Below, one piece after another: positions 39,102 to 51,100 of a stretch of 64,000 nt of DNA; positions within the stretch are counted from its first letter, which is position 1, and every line of letters starts with the position of its first letter. The DNA is from Candidatus Latescibacterota bacterium (GTDB lineage Bacteria > Krumholzibacteriota > Krumholzibacteriia > WVZY01 > JAKEHA01). Under the pieces are notes generated by a model that saw only the letters and a list, made by a program, of their open reading frames with translations, was not told the DNA's origin and made no database searches. A program made the translations under genes and the position numbers. The stretch lies in contig OY970173.1 in the NCBI GenBank assembly GCA_963707635.1, forward strand, positions 2,464,001 through 2,528,000, read 5' to 3'.

Positions 39102-42100
39102 TTCGCCACCGCGATTCGGAACTTGGCCGACTTCGAGCCCGCGTTCAGCACGCACACGTAGACGCCGTTGCGCACGACTTCGCCCTGACCGTTGCGGCCG
39201 TCCCAGGTCGTCTCCTGCGGCCCGGCCTGGGCGCGCGCGTCGCCCGAGGGAATCGTCTCTTCGTACACCAGGTCCCCGGTCAGCGCATAGATCTTGAGCG
39301 AGACGTCCGCCGGAGCGTCGAGGAAGTACGCGATTCGCGTCGCCTGCGATCCGGCGCGGAACGGATTCGGATAATTGTGCGTGTACTCCTGGAAGTTCCC
39401 GCTCAACACCACCAGCGATTGCGAGGTGACCTGCCCGTCGAGCGGCTGTCCCTGCGCATCGGTCACCCCGAGCGGGAGCGTCGAGGCCGGGTCTCGAACC
39501 ACCAGGCCACCCGATCGCACTCCCACACGAATCTCCGTCTCGCGCGGCTGCGCGTCCAGATCCAGCGCCACCACCGCGTTGACCGACGCGTTGGGCGCGA
39601 TCGTGCGATCCGCGCCCCCACCCAGGAGCGAGACCACGATCGGGTTGGTGGCGGGACTGGTGACCACGTAGGGCTGCGCACCGCCGAGGTCGATCTGGAG
39701 CCGCGCGAGCGTCGCCCCCACCGAAGCGGCCGAGAGCGGCTGGCCGTTCTTGCCGATCACGGTGATCGCAATGGTGTCGATCTGGGCATCGTTCACGCTG
39801 GGGTCGCTCGCGTTGTACGCGATCTCGACGCCCAGGAGGGTCACGTCGGCCGCGCCCGCGGGCACCACGCCGGTATTGATCCCGAGACTCTGCGACACGT
39901 TGCGCACCGCCACCGCGGCGCCTTCGGTCACCATGGCGATATTCGCGGTCCCGTTCGCCACCTGGGCGGGAAGACCGCTGTTTTCGTCGGCGGGGACGGC
40001 GGAGATCGTCACCGCGATCTGGTCGGGCCCGGACGGCTGCAGCGCGGCGTTGACATCCCACGCCACCGGTGTGCCCACCACGAACGGCTTCGCGACGGTT
40101 TCTCCACCCGCGAGCGTGTACCCGGGCGGGAGGCCGATCGAGAGCTGCCCGCCGGCCGCCACGCCCGCCGCGCCGGCTGCATTGGTCACGTTCGCCGTGA
40201 CCGTGAACGGAACCCCCACGCCGACCGCGTTGTCCGTGGCCTCCGGTGGCGCGGTCACACTCGCCGCCACCGAGAGCGAGGCGCGCGGCACCGTCGTGAC
40301 GGCGACCGTGTCCGCGACGGAAGGCACCGGGTTCTGCGAGTTCTCGTCGATACCCGCGAAGGTCACGACCGCGTCCGCCGCGCTCGCCGGCAGGCCGGGC
40401 GCAATCACGCTATACGTCACCGACAACACGCCGCCAGTTCCGTCGCCAAGGTCCCGCACCGGCCCCCCACTCGTCACGATATACCCCGCGGGCAGTGCCA
40501 GCGTGGCGGTAACGTTGTCCGTCGTCGAGGTCGCGGTCACTGCCGCCCGCAACGAGAAGGTCTGGCCCACGCTCACCGTGTCGTCCACCGCACCCGCCGG
40601 ACTGGTCGCCGACAGGCTCGGAGCCGAGAGCGCGCCGCCCGTCGCCACCGTGATCGACACCTGGTCGTCCGGCTGCGACGAGAATGCCGGCGCCGCCAGA
40701 TTGACGTCGTCAGGCGTGGTCGTGAGCGTGCATGTGAAAGCGACGGCCGCCTGCGGCGCCGCCGGCGCGGTCACCGTCCAGTCGATCGCAACGCCCGCGC
40801 TAAACGCCTGCACGGGCGATTCCAGCACCGAGAACCCGGACGGGCTCGTCAGCTTCACGTCAGCCGCACCGGCGAGGCTCGCCTGACCCGCGTTCGTCAC
40901 CAGGCCCGTCACCGTGAAGGTCTGATTCGGGCTCACCACCCCGCCTACGGCGGAGCTGGTCAGCGACAACACCAGGTCGGCGCGTCGCTGCGTCACCACC
41001 AGGTAGGTGTTGTCGACCGGGGGCTGCGGAATCACCGGCTGCCCGGAGTTGTGCGACACCACCCCGGATAGGATCGAGGAAGTGAACGTCTCGAGCGCCG
41101 CGGGCGCCGCCGGTGCGGTCACGCGGAACACGAAGGTGTGGCTCTCGTCCACGGCGATCGACTGGCGGCGCAGGCTCGCGGGCGCGACGCTCGACGCGCC
41201 GTCCTTGGCCAGCGACACCCGCACACTGTCCACGTCCTCGCCGCTGTTCTGGACGGTCACGTGGATCTCGTACGCGAAGCCGGTATTGACCGTGTCGCGA
41301 TTGGCGGTCGCGTGGTTGAAGGTCCCGAAGCCGGTAGTCGCGAGAATCGCGAGGCCGGCGACCTCCTGCACGCGCACGGTGGTGGCCCCGGCGTCGGAGA
41401 GTGCGATCGTCGGGTCGTTGCGGTCGTTGCCGCGCGCCCCCAGTGCGATGTCGACCAGCCCGGTGTCGCTCCCGGTCACGATCACGCTGTATACGAGCGA
41501 GTCCACCGCGCCTCCCGGCAGGCGCCAGGCCGGCGCGCCCGAGCCGAACGCCGTCGGCGGCTGAACCACGTAGTCGATCTTCGTGGCTCCCGCGATGGAG
41601 AAGGCGACGTCGGCCGCGACCGGCGGCGTCAGGTCCGCGCTCGCCTGTCCCGTATTCCGGAGCGCCACGACGATGTTCCACGGGTTCGACTGTCCCTGGG
41701 TCACGGACGCCTGCGACGGCCGCACGCTGGTGATGTCGAGCACCGCCGGCGACTGGATCGCGACGGGTGCAGTCGCATCGAGGGGAGGATTGTTCAGCGC
41801 CACGAGGTTGCTCTGCGCCGAGTTCTCGTCAACGGCGGATACGAGCGTGGTCGTGAAGGTCTCCAGCGTCGACGACGTCGCCGACGCCGTCACCGGCCAG
41901 GCGTACGCCACGGTCTGCCCGGCGGCGACCTCCGCGATCGGAGACACCGGCTGTATCGTGCTGAGCCCATCCGTCGCCATGCCGACCACGACGTCGCGCG
42001 CGTCCGCCTGACCGGTGTTCTGCACCTGCAGGATCACGTCGAAGGCCTGGCTTTCGTTCACGGCGACCGGATTCGGGGCCGCGACGGTCGTGGTGGTGAT

Positions 42101-45100
42101 GCGCAGCTGCGCCAGCGTCTCCACCACGATCTGACCGTAACCCGTCGACGCAACCGTCGTCGCCGAGCCCGCCGTCTGCGAATTCGCCTCGATCCAGGGC
42201 ACGGTCGCGTCGATACGACGCGTGCCGGCCGTAGTCCCGGTGGTGTCGACTATAAAGAGCAGGCTGTCGACCGACCCGCCCTCGAGCACGGTACCTCCGC
42301 CCAGCAGCGCGGACGAGGCCACGAACGCCCATCCCGCCGGCGGGCCCGCAAAGGCGATCCCGGCGCTCGCCGCGGCGACATCGACGTCCGCGCCCCCGGT
42401 GTTCGCGAGCACGACCCGCACCGACCAGTCGGCTACCTGGCCCGCGGTCACGTCCGGTCGCGACGTGTGCGTCGCGACCACCGCCACCGCCGCCGGCGAC
42501 TGCACAACGACGCTCCCGCGCCCGCCGTCGAAGGTATTGTCGTTCACGATCGTGAGATGGTTCAGGTCGCGCCCTTCGACGCGCCCGCTGATCACGATGT
42601 TGCCGGTCCTCGTCCCGGTCTGGGTCACGAGAAACTCGATGGTGCCGGTCTCGAGGGAGTCCAGAATGTCGCTGGCGCCGCCTCTCATCACGGGCGGGCT
42701 GACCGTGTACGTGAGATCCGGCTGCGCGTCCGGCGCGATGAACGTGAGGAACGTCTCCGCCGGCGAAAGGTCGAGGTCGATGGGAGCGGCGCCGGTATTC
42801 ACGACCGTCATGGTCGCGGTCCAGTCCGCGGTCTGTCCGGCGGTGACGCTCGGCTGCGACACGACGATCTGCTGGATCGACAGCTGCGGCGGCACCTGAA
42901 CGGTGACACCGTTGGGCACGACTTCCGACTCGGTCATGTCGATCTCATTGGCGTTGTAGCCGAAGTCCACGTTGAAGGCGTAGGGGCCGAGCGGAATCCC
43001 CGATTCAACGACCTTGGGCTCGAACAGGAGTCTGACCGTCTCGCCGCCGCGAATCGAATCGGGGCTGCCGAGAGCCAGGAACGCGCTGAATTGGTTGGCC
43101 GCAAAATGGACGCGCGTCAGGCCGTGGTCGAGCACCGCCGTTGCCGCGTTGGGGTTCGCGTTCGCCACGTCGACCTCGAAGGGGACGACCGAGCCGCTCG
43201 TGACCCCGGACGGGTCTATGTCGACGACGGTCAGGTTCGGCGACGCCTGCACACGGATCGAGCCCGCGCCCGGCGACGACAGCACGCGGGTGCTGTTCGT
43301 CTCCACTGCCGACACGGAAATGTTGAGCGCCTTCACGCCGTAACTCGAAAACGTCCCGGTGTTGTTGGCGTGCGCGATCAATGTGCCCGAGCTGCCCCCC
43401 GCGAGAATGAGTCCACCCTCCTCCAGATCCGTCGGCTTTACGAACACCGTGGGGCCGCCATCGTCCTGGATGCCGATCGTGAACCCGGCTGGCAGCGTGA
43501 GGCGCGCGTCCGATTGTCCGGAGTTGTGCACCGCGACGGTCACGTCCCAACCGAACGCCGTGCCCGCGGTCACGGTGCTCTGCGACGGCGTGACCGAGTC
43601 GACGACGATGTCCGCCGGGGTCTGGAGCGTGATCGAGCCCGTCCCGCCGCTGCCCGTGTCGTCGATGACGATGGTCCCGGTATTGATCTCGCTGCCGGTC
43701 ACGGTCCCGCCGATGGTCGCCACGCCGGCGCCGCCCCCCGTCGTCGTGACCAGGAAGCGCAGCGTGTCGGTCTCTCCGCCGGTGAGCGTCGCGCCCGACG
43801 GCATGGTGGCGGGGTTGACCGCCCAGCCCGTCGTGCCCGGGAACGTGAGGAACGAGTTCGCCTGAAGCAGCGACACACCGACCGCCGCACCGCCGGTGTT
43901 GCGCACCGCCATCTTCACCGCGTACGACTTCGCCGTCTGTCCCACCGTCGCCGTGGTCTGCGCGGTGGTGATGCTCTCGATGCTCAGCGCACCCGGAAGC
44001 TGGAGGGCAAAGCTGCCGGTGCCGCCATCGCTGGTGTCGTCGGTGAGAATGTCGCTCGAATTGAGATCGGTGCCGCGCACGAACCCGTTGACGATGATCG
44101 TCCCGACGGTATTCCCGGCCCCCTGCATACTAAAGACGAGCGAGTCGATGGCGCCGCCGTTGAGTATGGTGTTGCCCGCGTCCTCGAGTGCGGTCGGCGA
44201 CACGATCGTGTACTCCGAAGTGACGGGGGCGCCCGTGCCCAGCACGTTCAGCCCGAGTTTCGTCACCGCCGGGTCGAGGTCGAGGTCGACCGCCGCCCCA
44301 CCCGTGTTCTGCACCACCATCGTCACCGTCCAGGGCACGGCCTGCCCCTGCGTCACCGTCGCGCGGCTCGATCGCACGCCCACGATACTCAAGCTGGGCG
44401 CGTTCTCAACCGTGATCGCGCCCCCAATCGGGATGGTGCGCGTGCCGGTGACGCCGTTTTGCGTCCAGTGCAACTCGAGCACCGCGTCGGCCTGACCTCC
44501 CGTCAGAATCCCAGCCCCCACCACGGCGCCCGTGAAGAGCAGCGTAACCTGCGCGTCGGCGGCCACGTCCACCGGGCTCGTCTGGGTCAGCCCCACGTTG
44601 AACTGGTTCGAACCGAAGCGCAGGCGCGACGTCGTGCGGTCGAGGGTCAGCGTCGCCCCGCTGGGCGTCACCGGGTTGCTCACGGTCACCGCGAAGGCGA
44701 CGGACGTCCCCTTCGACACGCTCCCCGGCGCCAGCGACACGTAGGCGGCATCCGGCGCCTGCTGGACGGTCACGCTGCCCGTGTCGAAATCGTTTCGCGC
44801 CACCCCCGAGTTGAGCTCGGTGCCGTCGACGTCGATAGTGATTGTTTTCGACCCGAACGAGCTGTATGCGCCCGCGGTGGTGAGCGGGATCAGGAGCTGA
44901 TCGGTTTCGCCCCCGGAGAGCAGCGTGCCGCCACCGACGAGCGAGGCCGGCACAATGTACGCGGGCGGGGTAGTCGCATTCTGGAAGACGACGCTGACCG
45001 CCGCCCCGAGATCCAGGTCGACATCCGACTGGCCGGTGTTGGTGAGTGTCGCGACGACCGCCCACGGCACACTGGTCCCGCTCGTGATCGTCGTCCGCGA

Positions 45101-48100
45101 CGGCGTGATACCCGACACGGCGATCAAGCCCTGCGACTGCACGAGCACGCTTCCCAGCCCCGAAGACGAGACGGACAGCGCGCGCGCACTGTTGCTCTCC
45201 ACACCCGCGGTGGCCACGTCGACCATGGTCGGCCCGGTCACGCTGCCCGACTGCGTCACGTCGAACACCATCGTGTCCACTTCGCCTCCGGAGAGCACCG
45301 TCCCGCCGCCCACGAGCGCGGGCCGCACAGTGGATACCCAGCCGGCCGCCGGCGAGAACACGAGCCGCGACGTGGGTCCGGCGAGCGTGAGCACGACGTC
45401 GCTCCCGCCGGTGTTACGCACCGCGGCGCGCACCTGGAACGTCTTGCTCATCCCCTGCGTCACCTTCGGCTGCGACGGAATCACGGCGTTGAACGTGACC
45501 GCCGCCGGAGACTGGACCAGCAGGTTGCCCTTGCCGCCGAGGTTGGTGTCGGCGAACAGCGGCTGGCTGGTGTTGACGTCCTCGACCTCGAGCGCGCCCT
45601 CGATGGTCATGTTCCCGACCGTGGTCGCGTTGCCGGTGTTGTCCGAGACGTTGAACACCACCGTGTCGACGTCGCTGCCGGTGAGCAGCGTCCCTCCGGA
45701 AAAGGCCGCCGGGGTGGAGACCACGAATTGATTGGTACGGTCGACGCCGGCGTGGATGAAGCGCAGCGTCGCGGCCGTGAAGGTGACGTTCGCCCCGCCG
45801 TTGTTGGCCACCACCATGCGCACCTTGATGGGCTTGCCCTGGTCCTGGGTGAACAGCGGCTGCGACGGGATCATGGAGAGGATGGCGATGTTCGGCGCGT
45901 CCTGGACCAGCACGTTGTCCGCGACTGTGATCAGCTGGCCGAAGGGGAGGCCGTTTTCGAAGCCATTCAACTGGACCTGCGGGACATATGACGCGCTCGC
46001 GATGGATCCGCTGACGGACGTGCCCAGGAATTGCAGCGTGGTGGTACCGGGCGGCAGCGACGTCGGACCCGACGGGTTGAGCGCCGCGGTGAAGGCGCCG
46101 GCGGCGAACCGGATCGTGGTCGTCGCCGGGGAGAGGTTCACGGTGGCAAGGCCGGTGTTCACGAGCTGGACGGTGAACGCGACCGTCGCGGTCTTGCTCA
46201 CCTGGTCCGGGTCCAGCGCGTCGCCGGCCGCCGACGCCACACTCGCCGGCGTCACGACCGACACCGGGCTGCCGGTGAGCAATACGGGCGGCCAGGTGGA
46301 TGGCGCGCCGTTCTCGGTGCCGTGGGCGTCGAGCGTCACCGGATACGAACCGGGCGTGAACGTCCCCGGCACCGCCCGCGGCCGGAACGTCATGGTCTGC
46401 ATCGCGTTCCCGCCGGCGATCGCGTAGTTCTGCGTGGGCGACGCGCTGAACGTGCGCACGCCATCGGTGAAGGTAAGGCGCGTCGTCGTGGAATCCAGGA
46501 ACGCGAGCCCGCCGCCGGTGTTCCGTATCGTCGCCTGGAATGCGTAGATCTTGCCGCGAGAGGCGACCACCGGCGTCAACGTGGACGGCTCATAGGCCAG
46601 GATGGCCGCGGCCACGACTTCAACGGTCGCGCGCGGGTAAGGCGCCACCGCCAGGTCGACCACGGACTGTCCCCCCACGGTGCCGGTCGCAGCAGCATCG
46701 ATGCTGTAGAAACCCAGCGTCGCTCCGGTCTGTACGGTCACCGGGACGTTGAACACGCCGGATGCGCCCGGGCCGAGCGCGAGCCCCAGCTCGGGAGCAT
46801 TGCCGACGATGAACAGACCGGCGGGAATGAAGGTCAAGTCGATGTCGTTGATGGTCGTGCTCTGGGCCCCGTCGTTCTTGACCGTGACGGCGATGCTCGT
46901 CCCATAGCCCCGGCTCACCTGCCCCGACGCCGGCACGATGCCAGTGATTTCGATGTTGGTGACGAGCAGCGAGAGCGCGGGGAGGCTGCAGGCCACGTTG
47001 ACGGGCGCGGTATTCGCGTCCGCGCCGATGAGCGTCGCCGTCGGCGCGTACTGGGCGGTCAGGAAGGCCGGGTCGATGGCGGCCGACGCGAAGGCGAGGA
47101 TCGCGTTGCCGCTGCCCGGCACCAGCTGCTGCGCGGCCAGATTGGCCGAGTAGCTGTGGGTCCCGTCCGTGAACGAAAACGTGGTCGCGGTCGTCAGGTT
47201 GACCGACGTCGGCGACGAGTTATTGACCACCACGCTGAACGCGACCGAACTCCCCGGCACCACGATGGCCGGTGTGGGCGGGGTGTTGCACACCAGCACG
47301 GGCGGCGGCGCGAACGTGATATCGATGGTCCCGCTCGCCGTCCCGGTGGCGCTGGTCATCGTCACCGTCGACACGCCCACCGTGGTGGACGAACGCAGGT
47401 CGAACGTGATGGTGCCATTCGCCGCGATCGTCTTCGGGCTTCCACCCACGATGAAGCCGCCGAGGTTGGCCGACACGTTCACCGACAGCCCCGCCGTTAC
47501 CTGGTTGGCAAACGCGTCTCGAATGACGCCGCTGGTGATGGTCGTGGTCGAGGTGCCGTTGGCCGTGATCGTGGTGCGGGTCGCGGTCGCCGTGATTGCC
47601 CCGGCGGGTGCGGCGGGAACGACCGTCACCGCTTCACCCAGCCCCGTCACCGAGGGGTTGCCGACGGTGGCGGCGCGCACCTGGTAGGTCTGCACCTGGG
47701 TCGCGGTGACGGTCGTGACCGCGACGCCGTTGGACAGAGTCAGCGGGTTGGTGCCGAACACCAGACCGACGCCGGGATCCCCGGAGAGTGCGACCTGCGT
47801 CGCGTCGTCGTCGACGGGGTTGTTGTTGATGTCGTATGCCGTGATGGTGGCGTTCTTCGAAACCCCCGCCGTCGTCGACGACGCATTCATGACGACGGTG
47901 TAGTAGGCGATTCCGCCCGCGACCGTGGTGACGTTGAAGGTCACGCGCTCGCGTGCGGCCGGGGTGCCGTCCAGAATCGTCGCGGCCACCGTGCTAGGCC
48001 CCGCGGTGGTGGACGTGTGCAGACGCGCGACCGCGCGGCCGTTGGCCGCCGACGCGGCGATACCATCCGTCGAGTCGCCCACCGAATCGCGCAGGAACCC

Positions 48101-51100
48101 GCTCGGCGCCGGCGACGACTGGACGAGATACCTCACCGCCTGGCCCGCGACCGGGTTGCCCCACTGGTCGCGCACTTCCGTGCGCAGCGGTTGAGTCACC
48201 CCCACCGGTATCGACGGTGGGCTCGATCCGGCCACGTAGACCACGCGATACGCGGGGCCGTTGGTGACGGTCACTGTCGGGCTGATCCCGGTGGGACCGC
48301 CGCCCTGCGTCTGCGCCCCGACGGTGAACGTCTCCGCGACGGTGTCGCGCACGGTGGTCACGAACTGACCGGCGGCGAGCGTGCCCGAGACCGCGCCCAG
48401 GGTGGCATTCCCGGTGTGCAACACGTCGATAACGGTCGAGTTGTCCTGTGTCCGGTAGTTGTTGTTGGCGTCGCGCGCCTTGATGGTCACCGAGGTCACC
48501 TGGTTGGCGACGAGCGCCGTCGACCCGGTCGTTATCTCGTAGCTCGCGATCGGACCCGCGACCGTACTCACCGTGAAGTTCACCGTCTCCAGGGCCGGCG
48601 GCGCCCCGTCGAGAATGGTCGCGCGCACCAGGTTGGTCCCCGATCACGGTCCCGGTGGTCAGCGTCGTCGACACGTCTCCGGCCGCGTTGGTCGTCCCCG
48701 ACGGCGGTGCCGGCGACCCGCCGCCCTGGGTGACCGCGAACGACACCAGCTGGCCGACGACCGGATTGCCGAACGGATCGAGCACGCGCGCCGTCAAGAG
48801 CCGCGTCGCCCCCGCCACGATCCCGCTCCCATCGCCCGCCACGTTGGTCACGCGGTAGGCGGCGGCGGGTTTGATCTTTACAATGTTGGAGTAGCCTTCG
48901 AAGCTGCCGGCGTCCCGCGCCCGCACGCGCATCAGCTCGGCCACGGTGTACGATTCGTTGACCACCACCGCGCCCGCCACCAGCGTCGCCTGCGTGACCG
49001 ACAGCGGATTCCCGGTGGGGGTCGTCGTGACGTCGTCGACCGCGGTGAGCGTCACCGAGTTGCCCGCCGACGTCACCTTGTTGTTGAAGGCGTCGCGCGC
49101 CTCGATCGAGACGTTGAACGCCGCGCCCGCGATCGCGCTGTCGGCGGCGATCACCGCATAGCTCGCCACCACGCCGGTGTGGGTGACGGTCACGACTCGC
49201 TAGGTCGCCGGTGAGCCCCGCGGCTGCCGCCGCGATATCCCAGCCCCCAGCCGTCGGTCCGCGGCCGTAGACCGTCCGCGAGCCGCCGATCAGGTTGAAC
49301 GTGGTCGTGCCGACGCCGAAGTCGGTGAGGCTGAAGACCAGCGAGCTGCCCGCCTCCGGCGTCAGCGTCACCAGGCTGGTGTTGCCCGTGTCGAGGTTGT
49401 CGCTGCCGTCCAGCGCCTCCACCTTGAACGAAAACGGACTGCCCCGCCGGCGCCGTGCTGGCCGACAGGAACGTGATCTTCAGGTGGGTCGCGCCGCTCG
49501 AGACGGTGTTCACCGCGAACGTCACGCGTTCGCGCGCGAGCGGCGAGCCGTCGAGAATCTGCGCGTTCACCTGGTTCGTCCCCGCGGTCAGCGCGGTGTG
49601 GTAGGTCACGAGCCCGCGCCCGGAGCCGTTGGTGACGACGATGCCGTCGTTGGGATCGCCGTCGGTGTCGGTGAACGACGGTGTGCCGTCCGGCGCCGAC
49701 GCCACGGAGAAGGTGGCGAGCGCGCCGGGGACCGGGTTGCCGTAGAGGTCGCGGACCTCCACCTCCAGCGGGCGCGTCGTCCCCGCGGTGACCCCGCTTC
49801 CGTCGCCGCTGATCTTCACCACGCGGTAGGTGCCCGCGTTGGAAACCGAGACGACCGCGCTGGTGCCGCTCGGCGGTCCCCCGCCCGACTTCTCGGCGGT
49901 GATGGTGAACGTCTGCACGACCGTGTCCCGCACGGTGGTGGCGAACACGCCGTTGGTCAGCACCCCGGTCGCGGCCCCGAACTGCGCGCTGCCGGTCGAC
50001 GAGAGCGTGACCGACGTCGTATTGTCCAGCGTGACGACGTTGTTGCCCGCGTCGTAGGCGGTGATCGTGAGCGGCACCGTCTCGCCCGCGAGCAGCGAGG
50101 TCTGCTGCGGCACCACCGTGAAGTAGGCGATGCCGCCGGCCACGGTCTGTCACGCTGAACTCGACCAGCTCGTCGCTGGGAGGAACGCCGTCGAGGATGG
50201 TCGCGCGCACGCGGTTGTCGCCGGCGACGAGACCGGTGGTGAGCGTGGTGGCGGCGGTCCCGCTCCCGTTGCGTGGCGATCGACGCCGGCAGCACCGACC
50301 CGCCACCCTGGAACGCGACGAATGACACCTGCTCCCCCGCGACCGGGTTGTCGTAGGCGTCGAGCACCTGCGCGGTGAGCACGCGGGTCGCGCCGGCCGC
50401 GACGCCGATGGCGTCGCCGGACACCTTGGCGATGCGCTTGGCGGCCGCGGCGGAAACCGTGACGATGCCGCTCGTCCCTTCCTTGCTCCCCGCGTCGCTG
50501 ACCTTGACGCGGATCGCTTCGGCCTTGGTGTACGACTCACCGACCGTCGCCTGACCGCCAGCCAGGGTCGCACCGGTAACGAGCAGCGTCGACTGGGCGG
50601 GCCCGGGATTGATGTCGTCGATCGCGGCCAGCGTGATCCCGTTCGACGCTCCCACCACCCGGTTGTTGTACTCGTCGCGCGCTTCGATCGAGACGTTGAA
50701 GGTCGCCCCGGCCACGACACTCGCGACGGTAGACACGGCGTAGTCGTCGACGAGGCCGGTGTCGGTGACGATCAAGGGTTCGGTATCCGCGCCCAGTCCG
50801 CCGCCGCTGGTGGTGACATCCCAGTTCCCCGCCAGCGTGCCGAGCGTGTAGACCGTGCGCGCGCCGGAGGCGAGTGTGACCTGGGTGACGGTCGCGCCGA
50901 AATCGGTGAGGCTGAATTGCAGCCCGCTGCCCGCTTCCGGGGTCAGCGTGACGATGGCCGCGTTGCCGGTGTCGACGTTGCCGGTGCCGTCGACGGCCTC
51001 GACCAGAAACTGTACGCTCTGCCCCGCGGGCCGGGTCGAGGGTCCGACGAAGGTGATGCGCAGATTGGTGGCGCCGCTCGCGGTGGTGGTGTAGGTCACG

